From Psilocybe cubensis (Eukaryota): a stretch of DNA of 64,000 bases. Location of the stretch: the NCBI GenBank assembly GCA_017499595.2, contig CM039005.1, positions 744,001 through 808,000 on the forward strand. The letters run 5' to 3'. The notes under the pieces are model-generated. The model was given only the letters and a program-made list of their open reading frames with translations. It searched no databases and was not told where the DNA came from. The translations under genes and the position numbers were made by a program. Positions 12,089 through 25,537 of the stretch are shown one piece after another (within the stretch, counting starts at the first letter, position 1; every line of letters begins with the position of its first letter).

Positions 12089-13562
12089 TGTAAGTCAGCC
12101 ACCTTACTATGCTACCGTTAATATGTTATATATATACTGTCAGTGATTAAGAAACATATCGTTTCTTATTAATCAGTTCTTTTGCCTTACTATTCCTATG
12201 GCCGTGGACGGTAAAAGCGAAAAAAGAAATGACCATACTCTCAGACCTGAGAGATATTTTTAGCATCTATGAGCTAGATTCCAGTCGGAGTAAAATCCGG
12301 AAGGCTGCATGTATTAGGAGAACTGTGTACAGATGCGTTTGAATACTTCTTACCCTCCACGCACAGAGTAGGTGCTAGAGTTGTTGTGCATATTTGTATC
12401 TATTACTTCCCCAAGTACATTACAGTTTAAAGTTGGGAGTATATACTTCAGGGAAAAACACTTGGAATAGATTGAAAGCTGTATATCACCTGAACAGGGG
12501 CGTTGATAATAGGCGCCGGTGGTAGTTATGACATCATTCTCAACGTGTTGACCATAATGAGGCAGTAACATTCATGTCTGCAGTATTTCTACAAGTTTCT
12601 TTTACTATCTTCCTCGTAGAGGTTGTGAAAAGGGACACTGGTATCCATCGCTTCTTGTTAAAAAACGAGCTAATAGGAGTAAATCATAAATGTGCAAGCA
12701 ATGGAAAACCAGGTTTGTCAAGGCAGAGGTATTCGGGACGGTGAATGGTAAAAAAGTCAGGATTTTGACATTAGATTCAGCAGAATGCGTTCGTGGCGTA
12801 TGATCCGCCTTCGATTATGACGTGTATACATAATGTGACCCTGACCAAACCGACTTCTGTGTTCCGACTGGTCTCGAATGCGACGGACAAGTTACATAAA
12901 GAATATTAAATAGATCATTGACCTATTGGATGACTTTAATTACACCGTCAAAACTCCAAAAAGAACGATTAATTTGCTATGCCAGTACCTGGCATGCTCT
13001 AGGTAGAATCTTGCTGCGTTCACACGGGGTGCCATTTTCGCACGGGGTGACGATCAAAACACTGGTGGATCACGTGTGCTTAAGCATTTTGGGTCCCCAC
13101 CAGTACAAAGGGGAGCAAGCTCCCCAATAACATATATTCAGGGAAATTTGTATCATAGTGGCCACTGGATATGGATTGAACTGATGTTTCTGAAAGAATA
13201 CCTAAGCGCTTAGACTTGGAAGTTGGAAACTGTGCAAATTCCCCAGCATGTGCGTCCCATCTTTATTCGGGTCATCTGTGTTCTAATGTACCAAAATTAT
13301 CGTCTAGAAGCTTATGGCATTGCATTTTATCATTATGTATTTGCGGTGAGCCGAAAATCCATTGAGCTTAGACGTAAAGGAAGTAAATAATAGGGGCACC
13401 ACGCAACATAAAAGGCTGGAGGAAGGCGACTGTATGCCCCAGTCTTGACCTCAAGTACTGCCCGCACCGGTGAGTCCATATCCCAGAATTTTACTCATCA
13501 ATTTCAAGATCGATGCTGACACACTCACATAAGAATTCGCGTCGACGTTTATCGAAGCAACA

Positions 13563-13868
13563 ATGAAATACTCAGCTATCGTCGTCTCGGTTCTTGCCTT
13601 TGCCTCTGTTGCAATAGCTTCAGAGGAGGCTAAAGAAAATCTCTGCATTTCTCAATGCCAACAGCCTTCTCCGCCGGTCTGCGCCCCAGGTTTGGCTCCC
13701 CAGGGGAGTGCTGGATGCTGGAACAATGTAGATTGCTGCGATGTCCCTGACCCCAATCAAATTGCATGCATGCAGCACTGTGCAGATAGTCCACCCGAAT
13801 GTAGTGGGGACAAGTTTCCGTTCGCCCCATCCGAAGGAGAATGCTGGCGCTGCTGCTGGCACCTGTGA
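13563..13868 (+). CDS. Small secreted 12-Cys two-repeat protein, copy C (101 aa; loops CISQC/CMQHC)
   Basis: Signal-peptide-like MKYSAIVVSVLAFASVAIA; all 12 Cys conserved. Confidence 0.9.
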   Translation: MKYSAIVVSVLAFASVAIASEEAKENLCISQCQQPSPPVCAPGLAPQGSAGCWNNVDCCDVPDPNQIACMQHCADSPPECSGDKFPFAPSEGECWRCCWHL

Positions 13869-14708
13869 AGTTGACTAGCCTTCGTGATTCAAAGTTTTAG
13901 TTTAACCTTGTTTCAAAATATCCATAATTCTTCAAATTCGCTAATTTCCGTATCCCAAACGTCTCCTTACCCGAATTTACCTTGCACATCGAAAATGCAG
14001 CTAAAGGAATGGATTGACATTGCATGTGGAATGAAAGTAGGCAAGACGAGAACGTGAATTACCACAATCTGTCATGTAACCAACCGGAAGGCCAAGGTGA
14101 CATTTAGCCCTTTGGCTGGAAGTCGTACCGAACGTCGTTCGTTGTTCCGAGTCACTTGTATTGAATATGACGGTAAAAATGGTTCTTGGACAGAGAATAG
14201 ATGGTTACCCATGGCATGACTTGGAGTTGGAGGTTCTTCGTAGACATAAGCCTAGATATGTTAGCCTAAGCTATATCATTCACCGCCGTAACAGCGATTT
14301 TCAATGAAACTTGATATTTTCGGAGTATTCACGGTGCACCACTGGGTGTGGCCAAACACAATGCCCTGCTGAAAGATGTAGTACAAATTGTCATTGGGGT
14401 CATATGACTGAGCATCTTACTCTCTAGAATCCTTAGGGCCTTGGGATAGTCGCGTGAAGTAGTTCAATCTCGTCGAACTCAAGGGACCTAGAAAATCGGA
14501 CGCAAAATGCGGGGAATTATTGTTGAGATGTCATCTCGGCCAATTGAACATAAAAGACCAAAGGATCGTATGTGTATGCCCTAGTCCTCGACCTCAAGTA
14601 CAACCTACATCGGTAAGTGCACATTTCACATTCAAGTTATCGCACGACAACGCTCACATTTCCGTTCCGGTGAGAAATTTAAAGACATCGACGTTTAACC
14701 AAGCATCA

Positions 14709-15002
14709 ATGAAGCACTCAGCTCTCGTCGTCTCAGTTCTGGCCTTCGTTTCGGGTGCAGCAGCTTCAGAAAGGATTTGCACTCTTGAGTGCAATCTCTC
14801 CCCGCCAATCTGCCCGGCAGGTTTGGCTCCCATCGGTGGTCCTGGATGCTGGGGAAATGAAAGGTGCTGCAATGTTCCTAGCCCCACCCGCAAAATGGCC
14901 TGTACACGGATTTGTGAGCCTGGCCCCCCGAAGTGCGGTGGAGATACATTTGCGTTCTCCGCTTCCAAGGGAGGATGTTGGAGTTGCTGTTGGTACCTGT
15001 AA
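14709..15002 (+). CDS. Small secreted 12-Cys two-repeat protein, copy D (97 aa; loops CTLEC/CTRIC)
   Basis: Signal-peptide-like MKHSALVVSVLAFVSGAAA; all 12 Cys conserved. Upstream 14190-14500 is homologous to the upstream region of copies B and E. Confidence 0.9.
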   Translation: MKHSALVVSVLAFVSGAAASERICTLECNLSPPICPAGLAPIGGPGCWGNERCCNVPSPTRKMACTRICEPGPPKCGGDTFAFSASKGGCWSCCWYL

Positions 15003-15831
15003 AAATCGTCAAGTCACCATGGCGGATCGAAGTTACAGTACTTTGGCCTCAGAGTTTTAGTCTTTAAATTCAAAGTACACCAAAGATATGTCTACTACTC
15101 ACCAAATTTGCAACATTTCAAATAGTCCAAAGACCAGTGCCGACGAAGCTCCCCTCCGATTCGGACGGGAGTATATAGGATTCAGAAAGAATCCAAACTT
15201 GAGGTGCGACCGAAAGATTTAATCATCCAAAGTGAGCAGAAATGATACAGCGTATCGATCGCAGGTCTCGAAGGACATAATTGAAGAGAGGGGAAAAGTC
15301 TGAAGAGATTGGCCCGCGTTTGTACCCCTGTATTTATTGAAGATCAGCCTCCTTAATAATTCATTTTACAGTCCTGCGGTTGAAAAAGTTAGGGGTTCAA
15401 GCTTTTTAAAGGATGTATATCACCCAACAGACGTGATAGATAACAAAGAAGGGGCACAACGAATTCCTGAGCAATGAGAAGATGATCCAGTAGAGACAAG
15501 CCAAGAAACTTTCGAGAACCCAGAAAACGAGGCACAGAGATAGTCTGTACGCCAAGTTACGTAAGTAGTCGTAGATGAGGTGAGTATTATATGGCCGTCC
15601 CTGTCGCTTAATAGGTCAAGCAAAGGAACAAAGGATGCGTGCAAGTGAAAAGGGAGAGAAAAACAAGAAGGGCAAGACCACGCGTCTGTTACGTAATCAC
15701 TAGGCAACCGTGGATTAATTTCCCTTTTGAAGCATATGAGTTGGACGTGCCAGCATCTCTTTCTTTCCACCTCCACCTTTCTTTTGCACCCTTTTTCCAC
15801 TCTTGCCTTTTTTCTCTTGCTTTCCTGCGAA

Positions 15832-17120
15832 ATGGCCTCGAGATCTGCCCAACGTAAACCATATAGCGTGCGTAGTCGTTTACTATCAGTTCTGGAGACA
15901 TGATATTGAACCTCACATGCACGGCCTTCAGCGTCCTGCAGCGCGAGCTGATGGTCAATGGTTACACGACAAAGCTCCGACGGGCCCTGCAAAAGGAAGG
16001 GTGGCTATCAATCGCGTAGCTCCTCCACCAACGGGCCCAGCGGCAGCAGCGGCGGCAGGCATCAACAACAAGCTGCTAGTCTCCAACTTGCACTACGAAA
16101 TCACCCCGAAGGACCTTACTGTATGTGTTACAATAACTTCTTCAACGGGTCTCATGAGCTAATTCTCCTCGACCATATCTATCTCTTTAGTCTGTGTTTG
16201 GGCAAATAGGCACGCTCATTCGCGAGCCTCTACTTAGGGTACGACAAGCCACCGAGTTTCACCTCATTTAAGAGAACACAAAGCCAATCAATCGACCCTT
16301 CTCTACCCTCTTCACGCTTATATTCCATTTTGGTCCTCAAATATTATATGGAACTCGCCAACAAATTCGACTCACGATGCAACAGTACGACCGCAGCGGC
16401 CGTTCAAGTGGTACAGCAATCATCTCGTTCGAAACGGCCCTCGAAGCAACGCGCGCGAAGAAGCAATTTGACGGATATTTGGCGAAGGGTAAACTTCACA
16501 TTCAACTTGATTGCTTTTTGCTTGCCTTTTCCCTCGAGTTCGACCCCCTGTCCTTCATGTCCCAATGTTTTCCAATCCATCTTCCCCTTGATCGTTCCAT
16601 TTTGTGGTATGCTAATATTTCTTTGGTAGGCCAGCCGATGTCTATCGCATTCGACACGACACCTCCGCCTCGTGCACCTCGTGCATCTCGCCGGGCAGTC
16701 AGCGCTCCGACAACGAAGTCCCTCCTCAACAGGATAGAGAAGCCACCGCTCGCAGAACGCCTCGCGCCAGCAGATGATTCAGCCATCAAAACACCCTCGG
16801 CTCCGTACGGTTTAATTTCATCTCGTAAAAAAATTGCATAATCCGACTAATTTCTGTTTCCATTTCTAAAAAAAAATTCTTCGACTGTTTATAGACGTGC
16901 GTTCACTGGAGCAGTCAGGACTAAAGCTGGCCGTGGATCGGCATCCCGCGGCCCAGCATCGACGGCTACTGGGCGTGCGCCGAAAGGTCCCAAGAAACCT
17001 AAAACGGCTGAAGAACTCGACAAGGAGTTGGACGCTTTCATGGGCGACGCTGATCCCGCCGACACGAATACAGCTGCCACTTCCACCATCGAACCCACCA
17101 AAGACGTAGACATGGTTTAG
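15832..17120 (+). CDS. mRNA export adaptor, ALYREF/THOC4/Yra1-like (multi-exon)
   Basis: WxHD motif (QWLHD), RRM (KLLVSNLHYEITPKDL...YDRSGRSSGTAIISF) and C-terminal KTAEELDKELDAFMG motif; GT..AG introns. Confidence 0.8.
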
Positions 17121-17620
17121 GAAACGGCTCGACAACCGGCTTTGGGTTAGACCCTTACAATGATACGTCTTGCAAACTGCATATTTCTTTGTGTGTTTTA
17201 ACTCCCTACTTAAATTCTTCGATGTTTTCTTAACACACCATTCAACTTTCCTCTGAATAATACTCGCAATACACCTACATACCGTTACCCCACTTTTTTA
17301 AACCTTGCCAAATCGTTATGCTTTTATAGTGTCTCTCATCGCTCGTTCCTCGCTATATACACCCTGTCACCCCCCAAGAATCACAGTTAATTTCAGTCGC
17401 TCGTCCTTTTCTTTGGCACTTTTATTCTTCTCACTAAAACCATTAAATCTCTTGTCACATCTTCCTGCGCTGTATTGTCCCTGTAATTTGGTTGTTCGCA
17501 GTAAACCATTTGTTTGTGATGCCCTATTCACTGTACCCTCATCATCCAAAGAGTCTGTCTGGTCTAAGGAGCGCCATTGATAGAAATCCTCCTATCTCCC
17601 CACGTTTCCTGAATTTAACT

Positions 17621-20342
17621 CTAAGCATGGAAGGTGACATCCCAGCCCCTCACACAGCCATCAAACCCAGCCGACACCAGCTTACCGCCTTTACCCACCC
17701 CACCATCGACCCAGAGGACGCCATTGACACCCCCAGGTCCCGCATTCTTGATTGGGATGTTCTTCATCAGCTTTGCCACGCTCCAAACGTACACGTGCGT
17801 GTCGAGCGAGCCGGACGCGCAGTGCGCAGAGTCCGCGGTCCAGGAGAGAGAGTTGATCCGGGCGGTATGGTGGGCCCAGCGCGAGGTGACCAGCTGCAAG
17901 TGTACGATTGTCAAGCGAGATGAAATGAAGAGGTTTGCCATGGAAGAAAGAATGAAAGATGGGTAGACGTCAGTGATCGTCGCATGCATATAGCGAATGG
18001 AACAGGGGCGTTACCTTGCGTTCTTTTGGATCGAACAAAATCAATTTACCAGACGACTACAGCAATAATTGTCAGTGGTAAGCCTGTTTTTGAGTAAGCA
18101 GAAAATGAGCACCCACATCGCCTGATGCCAGGTACTTCCCGTCAGGCGAGAAGGCAAGAGCAGAGACAGCTCCTTGGTTGCCTTCAAGCACCGCGACTTC
18201 TTTAAGGGTTTTCCCATCCCATTCGTTCAGGCGCACTTTGCGATCCTAACAGAATGATTTAGTTGTGTTTTTCTTGATAAAACATCCATAATAAGTGTAT
18301 CCGAACCTCTCCACCGATAGCGACCAGAGTTCCTGAAGCACCGACCGCGCTGGGTTCGAAAGATGTTTTCTGCTCAAATACCTTCTGATTGGAGCGGAAC
18401 GCCTCAACTTTGCCGATCTCAGCGACAAATACAGAAGCGTCTCCAGCGACAGCAATGGACTTTGGTTGAGCGCCGGTTGGTGCTGAAGCAGGGCTAATGA
18501 AAAATTGGCCATCAGAAGAAATAATCAAGGATAAAACTGCTAAGGAAGCAAGCGGGATGGAACTCACACAAAGCTCGTTCCAGATGGTGAAATCTCACGT
18601 ACGAGATCGTCAAAGCCGATGGAATAGGTCGTCCCATCTGTGCTGGAAGTAGCCAAACCAGAAACATGGTTGGAGTGGCTCTCTCCCTCGAGAACTCTGG
18701 TTTCTTGTGTCGATGACGAATTGGAGTACACACGACCATCAGCGGAGCCAGTCAAGAATGTGCCGGATGACGATGGTGCAATTGCTGTGATAGATTTCTG
18801 AGGGGCCTGTATAAAAAGGTATCGATTTGTTGCGGAATCTTGGAAGACAATCGTGTAGATAATGACGTACACTAAGAACGCGAACGGGTTTGTCTCCTGT
18901 CCTGGGATCGAAAACGTTAAGATCGCCGGACATCGAAAGCGACACCAGATCGCTCGTTCCACTCCAAGTGTTACCCATCTGTTGATGGCTGACTCCGGAC
19001 CCGACAGTCCAAGTGGTTACTGCTTTCTGCGCTTGGGCATCCCCTGATTGACAGTGTATTAGAATCGAAGATAATATGACGATTTGATCTCACATAGTTT
19101 CACAGTGCAATCTGCAGAGGAAGTGAAAAAGTTTTTGCTGTCTGGGCTCCAAGAGCAGGCCATCTAGCGCAGAACGTAAACAATCTTTCATAAATAAAGG
19201 ATATCCAACTTACGATTGTGCCTTTATGAGGGCTATCAGTGAATTCTGCGACGGTGTCTCCAGTTTTTCCGTCGTAGAGGAAGATCTTAGCATCTGAACC
19301 AACACTAGCAAAGTGGTCACCGGATGGCGCATACTGTACATCCTGAACAAATTTGGTGTGGGTTTTGATCGTCTAGACGGTCATGTCTGTCAGCAAAAGA
19401 ACATACATTGTGCTAACAACCACACCTTTTCGTACTTGTAAGGTGCTCCGCTGTGGAAAACGATCACATTGTCATCACCAGCGGTCGCTGCTCGGAAAGG
19501 TCTCTGATGCCTGATGGACACTGCGTTGATAGGCTGGACTGGGATCAGCACGTACGCACATTTGACTAGACAGTTTAAACACACCTTTGAGTGGCCAATA
19601 ATCTCTCCAGTAGATGAACCAGTGTCCATCATGAACGCATAGCCAAATCTGACATCCAAGGAGCTCAGAACATCTCATACGCGCATGGGCATGGTTATTT
19701 TTTTACTGACTTCTCCTTGCCATCTCCTACAGCAATAATTCGCTTGCTTTCTCCGTCCCAGGACAGATCGTTTCTACAAAATATTATCAGATATTCCAGT
19801 CATCAGAATGACGAGATCAGAAAAACGCACACTCTTCCAGAGATGACCTTATACTCTCCTTTTAGAACCTGATCTTCCCCTACAGTATCCCACACGTTCA
19901 CTTATCGTAAAGACGATACCCAGATCAGCGACAAACCCTCTCAAAGTCCAACGCGCAAAACGTAAATGCCCACCTTTACCAGTGATATCCGCAGATGCAC
20001 AGTAGTACCCCGAGGGAGAGAGCCGTGCGACAGTCGCATTCTGGATATGGCCAGAGTACGATGTCGTAATTCCTGGATTCTGTCGTGCGATCTCTTTGAG
20101 TTGCGAGAAACGAGGGGCAAAGGATTGGAGATTGAAAGCAATCTTTCACCAGACCTTGAGATCGCGGATCTGGGTGTATCATAAGTAATCTGCAGAGAGA
20201 TAATTGATATATAGACCCTGCTCACCAACACAGTTCTTCCAGAGGTGTACACAACCTTGTCCTTCCCTGAACTAAGCTTCGTCGATGCCCCTCGTACAGT
20301 CACAGGATTTGGGGGATATAACCCTAATTTCTTGTATGACAT
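17621..20342 (-). CDS. AIP1: Actin-interacting protein 1 (WD40 repeat, AIP1/WDR1), multi-exon
   Basis: N-terminal PPNPVTVRG; internal DTGSSTGEIIGHSK|PINAVSIRHQRPFRAATAGDD; C-terminal WAHHTARINSLSW...SGSLDTHVYVWSV...VSAGFDGCVRGW. Confidence 0.9.
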
Positions 20343-21594
20343 ATCGTTATCGGGTAAGTTCTGAAGTTATCGAGAAAGGTATATGCAGATGAATGGTATC
20401 AGAGACTGCGGTTTGGCAGTCCAAGTGGTCAATCTTAAGGATTGTTGCTGCGCGACCGTGACGCGACCGCTCATAGGGGTTGCCTCCTTCAAAACCAATT
20501 ACCCGATATAGAATAATTTTGCTCCCACGATTCCGCCGAGCCCAAAGTGCGTCCCTCAAATCCGGGCAGCGAGAGGCAAGCTCTGTCGAGACAGATGAAT
20601 GATGCGTGCAACCCGCAACCCGCAATCCGTCGCAACGCACACACGCGCGCCGAAGCCTGAGATACACCTGAGATTCAGGTAACGCACTCAGTGAATATGA
20701 AATTGCATTTACCCCCATCAGAACTTGCAGGGAAACCTCGAGATCGGACCATGGTTCGGTTCAGAGTTTTCAATTGGCACGTATGTATGTATTCGACAAA
20801 TGAGCAATCCGTGTGGGCGCAAGTGTATCCAAACAACCGACGCATTTCGCCGGATCTCGTGCCTGCAAGTTGCAACGACACGAACATGGATATGGTCCGC
20901 TCCTTGAGGGGCATTGAGAGCCCTTCCACTACATAGCCTCGTCAACGAAGATGCTTGTTCAAAAAATCTTTGAATTGATCAACTAAACAAATACCGACGG
21001 ACAGCGCAAAAAGAAAAAAAAAGAAACGAAGAAAGAGACGAGGTACTAAGTAGCTGGATATCTGGTGTGGTCTGGGTCATTACGAGTCGTGAAAAAGAAA
21101 TAAACAAGGAAAAGAAAAAGAAAAAAGAAGATATTTGGATGGATAGTCCACCCTAGGTCATGAATGATAAAAAAAAGAAGAGCGGGGATGATGATGACAG
21201 CGATATAGGACAGGTAGATAGAAGAGGACAGAGTACTTTTGGAACTTGGGGACCGGTTTACGTATAGTAATGTGGAAGAGTTTTATGCAAAGGAATGGGA
21301 CAAAGAAAAAAATGGATAAAGATGGGGAACTGAATGGCTTCCGAGATTTTCCTCAAATGAGATGCGAACAATAAAACAGAAAGAGAGTGCGTGAGGAAGA
21401 CAATGATGAAGTGGAGTGGAATGCTAAGCGGCAGCGCGCCATCATAGAGGAAAATAGAAAACATGAGAGGGAGAAAAAACTATACGTCGTAAATGCGAAA
21501 AAAAAAAGTTTAATTCGATGACATGGTTTGGAATGGATCCATGGAATAGGAAAAGGGTATCGAGAGGTTAATGGATGGAGCCCATGGACTAGTT

Positions 21595-24504
21595 CTACTT
21601 GGTGACAGCAAGCGCGAGCGCTTTTTCCTTGAGCACGGGCGTATAGCTGTTCATCAGGTGCGCAAGCGCACGAAGATCTTCTTGATCCAAGAGCGCAATG
21701 GTAATCTTCGGTGCACCCTTCACTCCTAAAGATTTGATAACTTTGAACCTAAAATTAAAATAACGTCGTTCAACACCAAAAAAAGATCCCATGATTATAA
21801 AAAGACAACTCACAATTTCTCTCCCAAAGCCTGTTTCTGAACTTGAATCTGCTTATCCAACAGACCATCAATAAACTCATCAGTAGCCTGCACAATAAGA
21901 GGATCCGCCTTGGGCAAAGGCAGGCCAGTTGCAGACGAAGAATTCGCAAGCCTGACAATTTCAGCAGCTGGCAATTTCGCCAGCGACGCGATCGTATGGG
22001 CAGATGCAGAAGCGTTGCTCGCAGGCGTAACAGGTGTAGGCGAAGCCGTCACTGATGGTCCTCGCGAAGACAGGTCAGGCGTCCTAGGCGACGCCTCCGC
22101 CGGTGGTGCGATCTTCTTCGCCTGAGGCGTCACGGGCACCGGTGCAGGTGCCGACTTAGTCGACTGCGCATCGGTCGCTGCAGGTGGTGATACATCCTCT
22201 TCGTCTGCGCTGTCCAACACCATCTTCGCATCCACCAGCTTGAGCCGAAGAACCTCAGCATTGAAAAGGCACATCGCTCGCTCGCGTTTGGGAAGGCTCA
22301 TGATTAGCTCTGTAAGCTCCGTTTGCCGCGAGGACTCGAGCTTGGAAATGGCGGCATATATTCTATCACGCTCTGACATAGGCGGGACTGAACCAGCAGG
22401 CGAGGATGTACGCGGCGGTGTCAATAGTGAAGGACTAACGGATACCGGTGTCGAAGGATGCTCCGGTGCACTGGCAGTTGCGGGGTTGACATCAAGGCCC
22501 CGCGAATCTTGGGAAGCACGGTCAGATCCAGCAGGAGTAGCCACAGGCTCCGGTGCATCAACCTTGGGATGCTTGCTTTTGTAGCTATCCACCTGGTCTG
22601 CCAGCTTGGCCGGATCGTCGAGGTACTGCAGGACATTGCTGAGCGAAAGGTTTACAATCGACTCCACGATCGAATCAACAGCGCTATCCTCGACTGCTTC
22701 CATGGCCTTCAGACGGCGGCTCAGTTCTCCAGTGAGGACTTCCTTTCGTACCACGGGGGATAGAGTAGATAGGGAATTATAGGTCATGGGAACGTTGAGT
22801 GTACCATTGAGGGCAGCCTGAAAAGGAATGAGCCAAAATGAATGGAATACAGAATTGAATCACGCACTGTGTAGTAGCTAGCAGACCCCCTCCGTCCCCG
22901 CTCAGGTCGTTCGAAATGTGTAGCGGGCTTAGGGGATAGAGCAGGAGACCCAACAAGACTTGTCGAATAAGTCCGTGGGCTATTCCATCCGCTATAATCA
23001 CCAGCTTCTGATGCTGTCGGACTCGTAGCGCCACTTGAGGACCTCCTTGGGTGTCCATTGTTGCTGAACCGATGCGCCAACTTTTCTTGACGGAGTTGCT
23101 TGGGTTCGTGGAGGCGAACTACAATCTGCTTGGTGCCCAGCTGAGTCCCATTCATCACACGCATAGCTTCAGCAGCTGCAACGGAATGCTTGAGTGCTTG
23201 ATTAAAGTCTCGTGACTGATATAATTACCATGTTCTGGCTGATGATACGACACAAAGCCAAATCCACGACTATCTCCGTTTTCATTACGCATGACTCGAG
23301 CACTAGAAGCACAAATGAGCACAGATGGAAAATAAAAAATCCAATATATCTACCTGACGATTTGGCCGAACTGAAAATTAAGAAATTTGTCAACAATCAC
23401 CACCGACGATCAATGGAAAAGTATTTGTTTACCCTGCTGAAATGAGCGAAAAGACTGTTAGAATCGATTTCTGGACTCAAGTTCTGAGAAAGGTGTCAGT
23501 ATCATTTGTGAGTGGATGGGAGGCATGAGACTTACTTTACAGAACAAGTTGCAAGGATCGATGAGTCCACTGTGGCTAGCCGATCCCGGGCCATTTGAAG
23601 GTGCCAACTGTACTTGCTGTCCAGGGCCATGCAAAAACGGCACAGGAGCCTGTATCGGTGATCGAACAGGAGAATAGGGATTTGCTCGAGGCGGCGAATG
23701 AGGGGAATACTGCATCCATACGTCATTAACAGATCAATCAAAGCACATGAAAACAGCCCAAACTAACCTGTGTCGGGTAAGGCGAATACGACAAACCCGA
23801 GGGGATAAACGTTGGAGCAGCGACATTGAACTCGGGCGGACTGTTCAAGCTGCGCCTCAAAGGCTGGTAAAGCTGCACTGAGATGTTCTGTCCTTCGATT
23901 TCCGCACAGTGCATGGCTTCCTCCGCATGGATAGCATCTTCCTCGTTCCAGAACTCGATCATTGCGACGTCGGGGCCAAACTGAGTGTGTGTTTGCGCAG
24001 ACGCCAGAGCTCCGAAGGGCCTGAATATGTCGTAGAGCTGGGAGTCTGTGTAGTCTGGCGGAAGCTGCTTTACAAGCCGGGGCAATGCCGACGGAGGGGG
24101 CAAGGGCGTGGGTGGGTTCGTGGGTGGGTAAGGCGACAGAACCAACGGTACAGGCGGCATGGTCTCTGGAATATTACGCGACTGCAGGATTGTCAAGGCC
24201 TTCTCAGCTATTGAATAGAGCAGAGACGGCGTGCATGAGTAAATAGAAACGCGAACAGTAGGGAGAACAATGAGAGCTACTTACCCTTGTCGAGGAACTT
24301 GAACTCAATGGTGCCTGAGAGCAGGTTCTGCGAGCCATCGCGCTGAATTTTGGGCCTGAATGGTCCGCAGTTGACAAAAGCCATGGCAAGGTTTTCATCG
24401 GTAATATAAGGGGGAATGTTAGTGATATATAAGAGAGGTTCATGGAGGTAGGGGTGAGGACGAGGTCCTGATTCCTGGTACTGTTGATTGTAGTTGGGAT
24501 CCAT
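21595..24504 (-). CDS. RNA-binding protein with 3 RRMs and C-terminal MLLE/PABC domains, Rrm4-like (endosomal mRNA transport)
   Basis: RRMs LYITNIPPYITDENL, LVKQLPPDYTDSQL and NLFCKNL...MNGTQLGTKQIVVRLHEPK. Terminal MLLE KQALGEKL|FKVIKSLGVKGAPKITIALLD, plus two upstream MLLE-like helical segments. Confidence 0.75.
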
Positions 24505-25160
24505 GGTGATTACGAGCAAAACGTGTGCAGAGAGAGCAGGAACAGAGGGAATATCAAAGCCACGCGACGGTTCGCCGTCTGTGCGGAATAGGAGAGTCCT
24601 GGCTGAAGACCGCCTCGACGATGGTGCCAGGCCAAGTTCAAGGCCGACTTCAAAAAAGTTCCCTATCTACTGGCTTATGTCATCAAACACTAATGTCGTG
24701 CCGAAGGCAAAATTTAGGAGACCTGCTGTCTCCCGCACTGCAATTGTGTCTTTGTATGTAGTACAACATTCGTATTCCTTTCTTCATCATAATAATCATT
24801 CAAAAATAAGATAATCATCCCCTTCTCCCCCCCTTCTGCTAAAGCCTTGCGGTGCAAGCGTGTTGGCAAGGCGTGAAGAAGCAGCCTTCACTGGATAAAA
24901 ATATCCTGGGTATATCGTTCTATCGTGCTTGACATAAAAATGGGTATATCGTGATCTAGTTCTCGAGGTTTTGTTTTCATCTATCATGATCTAGGAGAAA
25001 TTCGTCAGTTGGGGTTGGATACACAATGAGGCGAACAGCTTACCTCGTCGTCATTGCATCTCAAATGGGAATGCTTCACTACAAGGTACAGGACAGATTT
25101 AAGGGTGTCCATGACGTCTGTAGATAAGATCAGCTATTTGTTCTGAGAACATTGTATTAA

Positions 25161-25537
25161 TCAATGGGCATACCTACGAGTGAACCGGCGGCGAAGGGAT
25201 GTTGATGAATGGCTGGGTAGTGGGGATGACGACCACCCATTGTTATATCTTTGCAAGATATTGAGAAGTTTTCTCGTGCCAAATCTGAAAGATTGGTTAA
25301 TGCATATTCATGAGTAATAAAAAGAAAAAATATTTACGTGGTTGAAGATGATGATTCTTCTACACTCTCCGTCTGAGACTCTGTGGAAGCGACCACAGGA
25401 AGAGCGAGTTGCAGAAAACTGGAAGGTGTGGATGCATCTTCACTTGTCAAAGCTGATTCTGCTCGAGCAAGTACAGGAGCCGCTGTAGCAAGGCAAATGG
25501 CGAAGGCAAGAAGCGCCAAAACACATCGGTGGTACAT
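25161..25537 (-). CDS. Small secreted Ser/Thr-rich protein of unknown function (2 exons)
   Basis: Signal-peptide-like MYHRCVLALLAFAICLATA. A GTAAAT..TTTCAG intron continues in frame to FGTRKLLNILQRYNNGWSSSP...RRRFTRRYAH*. TATAA-like motif near 25670. Confidence 0.6.

Noticed and set aside
5969-15002. Hydrophobin, defensin or RiPP (MSDIN/dikaritin) identity for the Cys-rich peptides
   Set aside because: The 12-Cys two-repeat spacing fits neither the 8-Cys hydrophobin nor the CSab pattern. There is no repeated KR-flanked core and no adjacent POP or DUF3328 gene.
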